A stretch of DNA of 64,000 bases from an uncultured delta proteobacterium (lineage in GTDB: Bacteria > Desulfobacterota > Desulfobacteria > Desulfobacterales > QNYZ01): NCBI GenBank assembly GCA_963845145.1, contig CAWJQU010000016.1, positions 4,329-68,328 on the forward strand, in the 5' to 3' direction. How positions within the stretch are numbered: position 1 is the first letter of the stretch; the number at the start of each line of letters is the position of its first letter. The translations under genes and the position numbers were made by a program. The notes under the pieces were generated by a model. It was given only the letters and a program-made list of their open reading frames with translations, was not told the origin of the DNA and ran no database searches. Below, piece after piece: positions 1 to 7,502 of this stretch.

Positions 1-350
1 TAAGAATGCACGTTAATGATTATAAGCATCCGAATATATGTGGTGTCCAGCTTCCAGTAGCTGGCTTAAAATTATAAAAAATGGTGATTGAGATTATCCT
101 ACTTATACTAAAATTACAGATACCATAGGCAAGAGTCCGAATCAAACATGCCTTACGCTCATTTGCGATTAAAGGCGTTAAATATTTTTCCGAATGGTTT
201 GGCGACTTTTTAATGATGTTTTAAGGGGTGGTATTTTATAAATGATAAAGGTAGTCCAAGATCAATTTGCCGATCCCGCCTTAAAATGCTAATAAATCAA
301 GTTGACTGCGGGATCGAATCTTTCCATCTTGTGAAAAAGGAGGAATCATC

Positions 351-1157
351 GTGTATACCTACCTTCGACAAGGTTACAGGCTCCCAACTGTAGGCGTCCT
401 TCAAGTACTTCTCAACCGTGGAATCACCGGAAAAAAATTGGCTAAGGATGGCCAGTTTGGGCCAAATACCAAGACGGCGGTCCGCGGTTTTCAACGGCCG
501 CGAGGTTTGAAGCCTGATGGGATTGTTGGCATAAAAACATGGCCACGAATAATTAGTGGTACTGGCTTCAGAATCCTCGATGCTGTGGATATCACTGACC
601 CAGAGATTCAGAAAACCGCGGGTGCGTCTATCCGCAGAGCCGGTGGGAAACCGACGCTTATCGGCTATATGAGTAACGGTATCGAACATCTTATCCGCGA
701 GCTTGCCGGTCGATTGAGCCTGGCGGGCGAAGTTGTTCTGTTGCGCTTCCAAGGGCATGGAGCTTCAGGAAATATGGGAATTTCTGATGGAGAGGGATAT
801 ATTAGAATGGGAGGGCGGGATGTTTTTTTAGAGGACGATGATATGTCCGCGCTTACATCTGGCACCATCGCAAAATTCAGACCCCAATTGAGGATGCTGG
901 CTCCCTATTTCGGATCTTACAGCAGCGTCGAACTCCACGGTTGTGAGGTAGCTAAGGGGCCAAATGGCCGACAGTTGGTACAGCAGCTTGCAAATATTTG
1001 GAACGTACCGGTCTCAGCTGCTGTTAAAACTCAGCTCGTCGGTGGTGTATCTACTTTTCGATTTGAAGGCCGCACATATACAGCATGTCCTGGAGGTATC
1101 TCTCTAAAACAATGGACTAAAAAATTGTCTGATATGCCAGGAGTCACAGTCCGTTAG
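351..1157 (+). CDS. Peptidoglycan-binding-domain protein with C-terminal DUF4347-like module
   Basis: 268-aa ORF with a GTG start 6 nt after AAAGGAGGA. N-terminus 'LPTVGVLQVLLNRGITGKKLAKDGQFGPNTKTAVRGFQRPRGLKPDGIVG' fits the PG_binding_1 motif. C-terminal 'LLRFQGHGASGNMGI..VELHGCEVAKGPNGRQLVQQLANIWNVPVSAA' resembles DUF4347 (from memory, not searched). Confidence 0.6.
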   Translation: MYTYLRQGYRLPTVGVLQVLLNRGITGKKLAKDGQFGPNTKTAVRGFQRPRGLKPDGIVGIKTWPRIISGTGFRILDAVDITDPEIQKTAGASIRRAGGKPTLIGYMSNGIEHLIRELAGRLSLAGEVVLLRFQGHGASGNMGISDGEGYIRMGGRDVFLEDDDMSALTSGTIAKFRPQLRMLAPYFGSYSSVELHGCEVAKGPNGRQLVQQLANIWNVPVSAAVKTQLVGGVSTFRFEGRTYTACPGGISLKQWTKKLSDMPGVTVR

Positions 1158-1189
1158 TAAAGGCTAAAAAAGGCAATATCGCCGAAACG

Positions 1190-1388
1190 TCGCTTTTATT
1201 CTCTGCACAAAAATTCAAAACAATACTATTGCCGGACCTGGGAAACAAACCGGCCGTCATTATTTCGCAACGGCCTTATTAACGGACGGAACCGACTTGA
1301 AAACCGTTTCGACCGCAATCGGACACAAAACGCGGCAACCACTCTGAAAATTTATGCCCACACAAAAAGCGGTAAAATAGTTAATTGA
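1190..1388 (+). pseudogene. Tyrosine recombinase (phage-type integrase) C-terminal remnant, frameshifted, N-terminal part absent
   Basis: 1255-1332 translates to 'RHYFATALLTDGTDLKTVSTAIGHKT'. After a 1-nt frame change it continues 'ATTLKIYAHTKSGKIVN*'. This is the box II R-H...GH...Y catalytic-Tyr signature. No upstream catalytic core is present. Confidence 0.6.
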
Positions 1389-1428
1389 AACAATAAGTTA
1401 AATAAAGGAGCAAACCTTCGCAACGCTG

Positions 1429-1461
1429 AGGCCGAGGGTTCGAATCCCTTCATCCCCACCA
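1429..1461 (+). other. tRNA 3'-end fragment (T-arm + acceptor 3' strand + CCA), likely integration-site (att) remnant
   Basis: 'GAGGG TTCGAAT CCCTT CATCCCC A CCA' is a T stem-loop with the canonical TTCGAAT loop, a 7-nt acceptor strand, a discriminator and CCA. No matching 5' acceptor strand (GGGGATG), D-arm or anticodon arm lies upstream. It sits 40 nt after the integrase remnant. Confidence 0.55.
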
Positions 1462-1748
1462 ATCAATGACGCCGTTGGCGGATCAACATTTTTCAAGGTT
1501 CGGTGGAAATTTCAAAACCATCTTTCGGTTGAGTTTATAGCCTGTCCCTACTACAAGCCTCAGGTATCAGCCATCTCGACATTATTCCTCCCAGGCGGAG
1601 CCAGATGATCGGCATTTTATTCAAGTCAATGTGATGAAAATAACTTGATTTCAGTTGTTAATTGCTCTAAGTTTAGAACGTATTGATCAGTCAAGGTTTG
1701 ATCGGTATCCTACCAATTGACACTGCTTTCCATTCACAGGGGGTAAAG

Positions 1749-3053
1749 ATGAGGAGAAACGCGGCAACAATTCTGGGCATCTTCTTATTCATAGGGATTT
1801 TCTTTTCTGGTTCGGTGTTGGCTGGACAGGTCGTCACCCAGGAGTTGAGTCAGTGGGCCAGTCAAGCCATTGCCAATGAACGGACGCTTCAGGGTGTTCT
1901 GCCAACCAGATCCGTAGCGGTTCTTTATTTCCAAAATTTAACTGGAGATGTGTCTTTGAGTCCCCTGCAAAAGGGATTGTCGGTCATGTTGACGACGGAC
2001 CTCGCCAAGGTAAAAGATCTCCAGGTGGTGGAAAGGGCTCGACTGCAGGCCATTTTAGAAGAGATTGAATTGGGGACGACCGGTCTGGTTGATGGTGAAA
2101 CAGCCGCGAGGGTTGGTCAGTTGGTTGGGGCACGGTTCTTATCTGGTGGCGATATCCTCAAAGGGAGTGTTGCGCAATTGCGGATCGATCCAAATTTATT
2201 GAACGTTTCGGATCAAATAATGGTTAACCAGGCGGCGGCAGAAGGGAATCTAAATGACTTGATTGCCATTGAAAAAGAGATCCTCTTTGAAATCATCCAT
2301 ACCATGGACATTGTGCTGACCCCCGACCAAAAAGCCGAATTGGAAAAACCGATCTCCACTAGTATCCCCGCCTTGATGTTGTTGTTTAAAGGAATTGATG
2401 CCAGCGATCACGGGCAATATGCAAAGGCTGCCGATCTATATGAGCAAGCCCTTGTGAAAGACCCCAATCTGACCCCAGCCAAGGATGCGTTAAGCGAAAT
2501 AAATGCGTTGGACCTTGCTTCCCAAAGCGCCAAAACGGCGCCGGGTAAGGAGGCCGCCCCTGAGATTGCGTCCGCACCGAAAAAGTCGGGTGGATTGTTG
2601 AAATATGCCGTTGTGGGCCTCGGAGTAGCGGCTGCCGGTGCTGGCGGATACTATCTTGCTACTGCAGACGATGATGATGATGATGAAGATGATGAGGAGG
2701 AAGTACTACCTCCAGCTGATACGATTCGGCCGACGGTTACACGAACCAATCCCCGGCCGGGAAATATGATTAGCTGTTCTGGCGGCAATATTGAATTTCA
2801 TTTCTCCGAAGCGATGTACCCTTCAGTGGGTGCTGCCTCAGCGGATGATAGTGGATGGGTGATTTCCAGTACGGAGTGGACAGATGGAAATCAAACGCTT
2901 GTTTTGTATTGGGATAACAGTGAATCCAATAGCGCTTGTGACTCATATTCACATGGTTCCTCGGTAACTTTTACCCTTTCAGGGTATACGGATATAGCAG
3001 GCAATGCGTTAGATGGTGAAACTCGGTTTACCTATATTCGAGAAGTATATTAG
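1749..3053 (+). CDS. Envelope protein: signal peptide, CsgG/LpoB-like module, TPR-like helices, TM, poly-acidic run, SbsA-type Ig-like domain (paralogue A1)
   Basis: ATG 1749 follows AGGGGG (the ORF track starts at TTG 1683). Signal peptide 'ILGIFLFIGIFFSGSVLAGQ'. 'SVAVLYFQNLTGD..LQKGLSVMLTTDL..LQVVERARLQAILEEIELG..VGQLVGARFLSGGDI' is the CsgG/LpoB/FlgO-type signature. TM 'YAVVGLGVAAAGAGGYYLA' is followed by DDDDDDEDDEEE. C-terminus 'DTIRPTV..FSEAM..YTDIAGNAL' looks Ig-like. Confidence 0.75.
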   Translation: MRRNAATILGIFLFIGIFFSGSVLAGQVVTQELSQWASQAIANERTLQGVLPTRSVAVLYFQNLTGDVSLSPLQKGLSVMLTTDLAKVKDLQVVERARLQAILEEIELGTTGLVDGETAARVGQLVGARFLSGGDILKGSVAQLRIDPNLLNVSDQIMVNQAAAEGNLNDLIAIEKEILFEIIHTMDIVLTPDQKAELEKPISTSIPALMLLFKGIDASDHGQYAKAADLYEQALVKDPNLTPAKDALSEINALDLASQSAKTAPGKEAAPEIASAPKKSGGLLKYAVVGLGVAAAGAGGYYLATADDDDDDEDDEEEVLPPADTIRPTVTRTNPRPGNMISCSGGNIEFHFSEAMYPSVGAASADDSGWVISSTEWTDGNQTLVLYWDNSESNSACDSYSHGSSVTFTLSGYTDIAGNALDGETRFTYIREVY

Positions 3054-3195
3054 GAGGTTGTACTGATATATATACGGTTATTAACCGTAAAGGTTTAAAC
3101 CCAAAAGACGATATTTTTTCTCTTCTCATTTGTGTTGTCCTGATCTGACAAAAGTGGGTGTTAATATGGCCTCCAAACAAAAATAGGAGACCCAT

Positions 3196-3496
3196 ATGAA
3201 AGATTTTACTATTTTCGAAGATTTTCCCATTCCGAAATTGAATTGATTCGCGTTTCTCTTCCCCTGATGCCTGTTACGATTATCTGTTTGCAACAAAATG
3301 GCCTAATGGTTTCATCTGTAAAAAATGCGACAATCGCAGGTATTAGACCAGCGCAAGACGTCTTTTTATTTGTACCGCCTGCAATCACCAGCATTCATTA
3401 ACGGCCGGTACGATTATGGATAGCACCAAAAAACCGATCACCTATTGGTTTAAAGCCATGTGGATGTTTACGACCACAAAATCAGCCAAAATATAA
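3196..3496 (+). mobile_element. IS1595-family transposase N-terminal (zinc-ribbon) remnant; pseudogene
   Basis: AGGAGA RBS then ATG 3196 'MKDFTIFEDF'. After a frame change it reads 'DACYDYLFATKWPNGFICKKCDNRRY*TSARRLFICTACNHQHSLTAGTIMDSTKKPITYWFKAMWMFTTTKS'. An in-frame TAG at 3344-3346 sits where Trp is expected. The DDE catalytic part is absent. Confidence 0.65.
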
Positions 3497-3711
3497 TACA
3501 ACGAAATCAAATGGGACCTTGATCCAATTTCTGAATTCTTCGCACTTGAGCTTTTTGGATAACCGCTTTTTTTACCACTACGTCCTATAATAAATTCCCA
3601 TACAAGGGAAAATGAAAAAACTGTTTGCCCGTTTTAACAAGGGTTTATTTATTAATAACGATTAATTTACACTAAACCGATATCAAGCCACATAAAACGA
3701 GGGGGTCTGAT

Positions 3712-5001
3712 ATGAGGAAGAGGTCATTAGGTATTTGTGGGTTCATCTTGTTTTATGCTTTCGTATCCGTTTTGCCTGTATCCGCCGGGCAAGTGGTCAC
3801 CAAGGAGTTAAGCGAATGGGCCCAAGGGGCCATTGCAAATGAGCAGACACTAACCACTGAGCCGGCCGCGAAATCGATTGCCGTCTTTTATTATCGCAAC
3901 CAAACAGGCAACCCGACCTTCACCCCCCTGCAAAAGGGGATAACGGTCATGCTGATTACGGACTTGACCAAACTCAGGAGTTTTGAAGAGCATAAAGATC
4001 TTAAAGTGGTGGAACGCGCTCGTCTTCAGGCGCTCTTAGAAGAAATCGAACTGGGCGAATCTGTTTTGGTTGAAATCAATACAGCGCCACGAATGGGCAA
4101 GCTTTTGGGGGCGCGCTACCTGGCCGGCGGTGATATTCTAAAAGGGAGTGTCACTGAGTTGAACATGGACCCCAGTATGATGGATGTCCCCGGCGATAAA
4201 ATGTTCGAGCAGGCCAATGCAGAAGGTGATTTGGCCGATTTGATAGCCATTGAAAAGGCGATCTTATTTGAGATTGTACGAAACATTGGCATAGAACTGA
4301 CGGACGAACAAAAAGAAGCCCTCGAAAAACCTTTGTCCACCAGCGTCCCCGCACTAATGGCCTACTTTAAAGGTATAGAGGCCAGCGATAAAGGTGAATA
4401 TGCCCAAGCTGCCAAGCAATACGCTGATGCCGCGGCCAAGGATCCGGATTTAAGCCTTGCCCAGGAGGGGATTGATGAAATTGAAGCGTTGGACCTTCTG
4501 AAAAAGGGGGCTGAAGCCAAACCGGGTAAGTGGGGTAAAATACTTAAATGGGGGGGAATTGGTGCGGGTGTGATCGCTGTTGGGACCGGTATGTATATAT
4601 ATGGTAAAAAAAAGGGTGAAGACGATGCGGATAGTGATTCCGGGCCTCCCCCAGTGGCGCCGGGAATTGTTTTAACCACTCCGGCAAATGCCGCCACGGA
4701 TGTATCGAGGTCACTTTCGGATGTATATATCGGATTCTCCAAGGAAATGAAAACCGACCAGGGCCAGGTGACATCCTCCCATCCTGTGTTTTGGCAAAGT
4801 CCAACGACGGTTACTAAAATATGGGAAAATAACGGCCAACGGCTCAGAATTCACCGGTCGGATACGAACCTATTGCCGGCCGGTGCCCAAATAGAGTTTA
4901 ATTTAGATGGGTTCGTCGATAAGGATGGACTTGCACTGGATTCCTATTGGTTTTATTTCATCACTTTATCGGGTGAATCGGGAATATCAATTACCTGGTA
5001 G
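3712..5001 (+). CDS. Envelope protein with CsgG/LpoB-like module, TPR-like helices, TM and C-terminal Ig-like domain (paralogue A2)
   Basis: GAGGGGG RBS. Signal peptide 'FILFYAFVSVLPVSAGQ'. 'SIAVFYYRNQTGN..LQKGITVMLITDL..LKVVERARLQALLEEIELG..MGKLLGARYLAGGDI' is collinear with 1749..3053. TM 'WGGIGAGVIAVGTGMYIYG' is followed by an acidic stretch. Confidence 0.8.
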   Translation: MRKRSLGICGFILFYAFVSVLPVSAGQVVTKELSEWAQGAIANEQTLTTEPAAKSIAVFYYRNQTGNPTFTPLQKGITVMLITDLTKLRSFEEHKDLKVVERARLQALLEEIELGESVLVEINTAPRMGKLLGARYLAGGDILKGSVTELNMDPSMMDVPGDKMFEQANAEGDLADLIAIEKAILFEIVRNIGIELTDEQKEALEKPLSTSVPALMAYFKGIEASDKGEYAQAAKQYADAAAKDPDLSLAQEGIDEIEALDLLKKGAEAKPGKWGKILKWGGIGAGVIAVGTGMYIYGKKKGEDDADSDSGPPPVAPGIVLTTPANAATDVSRSLSDVYIGFSKEMKTDQGQVTSSHPVFWQSPTTVTKIWENNGQRLRIHRSDTNLLPAGAQIEFNLDGFVDKDGLALDSYWFYFITLSGESGISITW

Positions 5002-5094
5002 CGTGATGCCGTTTATAAATTAACCCATTGATATCAGAGCAAGCCAACTTAAAGAGGAGATTAAACGCACGCAAACCGGTCATCTCCCAGGAGT

Positions 5095-6129
5095 ATGAAA
5101 ATGGTTATTTATCGGATTTCTTCCAAAATACCCCGACGCCCAATGATAGGGTGGCTTATCATTTTTGTGGTCTGCTGTTTGTTTAATAGCTGTGGTGGTG
5201 GAGAACTCGAAGCAACGGATCAAACCGGTTCACTCTCTTTTCAGGTCCAGTGGGAAAATGCCGGCACATCATCGGTTATTTTGGATAACCCTGATGAAGT
5301 TGCCGATCTGGCTGAACTTAACTGTGAGGAAGAGGGCGTTTTCTGGGTAAACGTGATCCTTTATGACCAGACGAATCAATACATTTACGAGAGCGATCCC
5401 CCGTGGCAGTGTAGTGCCCACGGTGGAACGATAAACGTGCCAGCTGGTTCTGGTCGGAAGGTTGCCATTTTCGGAGAAAACGCTGCCAATGAGATTCTGT
5501 ACCGCGGTATTAAGTCGAATATCAATATTTTCGAGAATAGAATTACCGATGCAGGGTTGATTGTGGCGCGATATTTTGTTCCTACGGGTGGGAATACGAC
5601 AAACTGCGAAACGACTGTTAATCATTCGTGGCAAGCGGTGTACTCGGCCACATCGTATGAGTTTCAACTATCTACGGATGTCACATTTGCGCGTATTGAA
5701 GGGAGCATGATGGTAACCAACCCACAGACCGGTTGCATCCCGCGCCCCAATACTTCTGGCCATTATTGGCGCGTGCGTGCCATTGATTTTGATGGATTAA
5801 TCGGTGCTTGGTCTCAGATTTGGGTTTACGGTACACCATCAGAAGCACCACCTGCACCGATTGGTGGAATTAGTATCGCCTGCGAACCATATCCTTATCA
5901 TTCTTTTGCATGGCAAGCGGTTCAGTCGGCCACATCGTATGAATTTCAATTATCCAGGGATATCGCATTTGCAAGTTTGAGGGTAAATGTGTTTGTCGAT
6001 GCTCCGGGTACAATTTGTTACGACCTTCCGTATGGAGGTAATCCTTATTTTTGGCGAGTTCGTTCCATAGGCGATAATGGATTAACTAGCGGTTGGTCTT
6101 TCATTTGGACACACAACACGCCGGGATAG
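5095..6129 (+). CDS. Putative lipoprotein with two FN3/Ig-like repeat modules (paralogue B1)
   Basis: 'LIIFVVCCLFNSCGGG' is lipobox-like. The start could be ATG 5101, which has better RBS spacing. Two internal repeats are 'WQAVYSATSYEFQLSTDVTF..GHYWRVRAIDFDGLIGAWSQIW' (about 5620-5835) and 'WQAVQSATSYEFQLSRDIAF..NPYFWRVRSIGDNGLTSGWSFIW' (about 5899-6123). Confidence 0.75.
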   Translation: MKMVIYRISSKIPRRPMIGWLIIFVVCCLFNSCGGGELEATDQTGSLSFQVQWENAGTSSVILDNPDEVADLAELNCEEEGVFWVNVILYDQTNQYIYESDPPWQCSAHGGTINVPAGSGRKVAIFGENAANEILYRGIKSNINIFENRITDAGLIVARYFVPTGGNTTNCETTVNHSWQAVYSATSYEFQLSTDVTFARIEGSMMVTNPQTGCIPRPNTSGHYWRVRAIDFDGLIGAWSQIWVYGTPSEAPPAPIGGISIACEPYPYHSFAWQAVQSATSYEFQLSRDIAFASLRVNVFVDAPGTICYDLPYGGNPYFWRVRSIGDNGLTSGWSFIWTHNTPG

Positions 6130-6229
6130 TAAATATTACGTGTCAATTTTGAACGTATGCCTCAGGATTCCGGGCATAGTTCAATTTAAAGCGACGATAT
6201 TATAATAGGACTGATAACGGAGTATCAAG

Positions 6230-6961
6230 ATGATGACCCATCATTGTTCCAATCAACATTTGATTCCTAAAGGACTTATTGGAATGATCTCTTTAATCCT
6301 TATGTCTTTATTTTATAGCTGCGGTGGCAGTGATACGGAGACAACGGATCAAACCGGGGGTCTGGCCTTCAATGTAGAATGGGTGGCACCCGCGGTAACG
6401 ACTGCTGGGGGGAACAGCGAGCCTATTTTCGCGGAGTTGATGGAACTGAATTGCGAGAGCACGGACCTCACCTGGGTTAAGGCGGTTGTTTATAACCGGT
6501 ATGACGAACTCTTGGCTGAGAGCCCGCGATGGGAATGTTCCGCCCATGCCGGGACCATTGAAGGGGTTAAGAAGGGCATGGATCGGTGGGTGATTATTTT
6601 AGGAACAGACGAAACGCATAACCTGTTATACCGAGGCCAGGTGTCGGAAGTTGAAGTTAACGAAAACGAGATCACCGATGTAGGATTAATTATCGCCCAC
6701 TATTTTATACCTACAGGTGGCTCGTATAGCAGCGGCACGGATCGTCTTACATGGCTGCCAGTCATCAAGGCATCATCATATGAGGTTCAGGTGTCAAGTG
6801 ATAGCGCTTTTACTCTCCTGAGTGTTAATATGACGGTTGAAGGCCCCACGAGCGGCCTTTTAGGGTTGGGCAGCGGGCATTATTATTTTCGTATACGAGC
6901 CATAGATTATTACAATTACCAAAGTGTCTGGTCGCAAACGTGGGAATTTGACGTTCCTTAA
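6230..6961 (+). CDS. Putative lipoprotein with one FN3/Ig-like repeat module (paralogue B2)
   Basis: 'ISLILMSLFYSCGGSD' is lipobox-like. 'TDQTGGLAFNVEW..LNCES..W.CSAHAGTI..LYRGQ..ITDVGLIIAHYFIPTGG' is collinear with 5095..6129. One 'ASSYEVQVSSDSAF..GHYYFRIRAIDYYNYQSVWS' module. Confidence 0.8.
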   Translation: MMTHHCSNQHLIPKGLIGMISLILMSLFYSCGGSDTETTDQTGGLAFNVEWVAPAVTTAGGNSEPIFAELMELNCESTDLTWVKAVVYNRYDELLAESPRWECSAHAGTIEGVKKGMDRWVIILGTDETHNLLYRGQVSEVEVNENEITDVGLIIAHYFIPTGGSYSSGTDRLTWLPVIKASSYEVQVSSDSAFTLLSVNMTVEGPTSGLLGLGSGHYYFRIRAIDYYNYQSVWSQTWEFDVP

Positions 6962-6980
6962 GCCTTAAGAGCGGAATTGG

Positions 6981-7502
6981 TTAATCGGTTCTCCCAACGC
7001 ACAACTCCGCCGCTGCCGTCTCGGCGCCCTTTAAACGGGCATCGAGATTTGATGCGGCGACTTCACTTGAAGCGGTATTGGCAACCAATCCACGCTCTAC
7101 TTCCACCAGTCGCAGGTCCAAGCGCACGATATCTCCGATGATCTGGTAGGCACCGAATACCATCAGTTTGGCCCCCAGTATTCTTCCAATTTTTAGCTGA
7201 GTGGCCTCGCTGGCCACAGCACTTGAGCCCAGATTAAGCTCTTCCAAGGCCAGGATTAGCTTCTCCCGTTCGACGATCCTGAATTCGCATTGATTTTCAA
7301 GGGTTTCAATAATCGTCCCAGATATGAATTCTCCCAGATCCGGCTGGCCGGCCTTGATGGGACTCAAATCTTCCATGTCCCAGACTGCCACCACCGCGCC
7401 GGGCCCATAGGCCGGCTTCTCCACGGTGGGTGGGGTGCCGGCACAACCCAAGATAAAAAAAACAAGGGCAATAATGAGGGGTATTCTATTCTTTGGTTGC
7501 AT
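6981..7502 (-). CDS. Small lipoprotein with CsgG/LpoB-like module
   Basis: I place the start at ATG 7502 ('MQPKNRIPLIIALVFFILGCAG', canonical lipobox), not at the track's 7703. It overlaps the upstream gene's end by 17 nt. 'VVAVWDMEDLSP..GEFISGTIIETL..FRIVEREKLILALEELNLGSS..IGRILGAKLMVFGAY'. Confidence 0.75.
   Translation of the reverse strand: MQPKNRIPLIIALVFFILGCAGTPPTVEKPAYGPGAVVAVWDMEDLSPIKAGQPDLGEFISGTIIETLENQCEFRIVEREKLILALEELNLGSSAVASEATQLKIGRILGAKLMVFGAYQIIGDIVRLDLRLVEVERGLVANTASSEVAASNLDARLKGAETAAAELCVGRTD

Noticed and set aside
47-64. Hairpin CCAGCT-tccagt-AGCTGG as an intrinsic terminator
   Set aside because: The stem is only 6 bp, no T-run follows on either strand, and no upstream gene is visible in the window.
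297-758. 153-aa minus-strand ORF
   Set aside because: It is antisense to the PG-binding-domain gene, which has a strong RBS and recognisable motifs.
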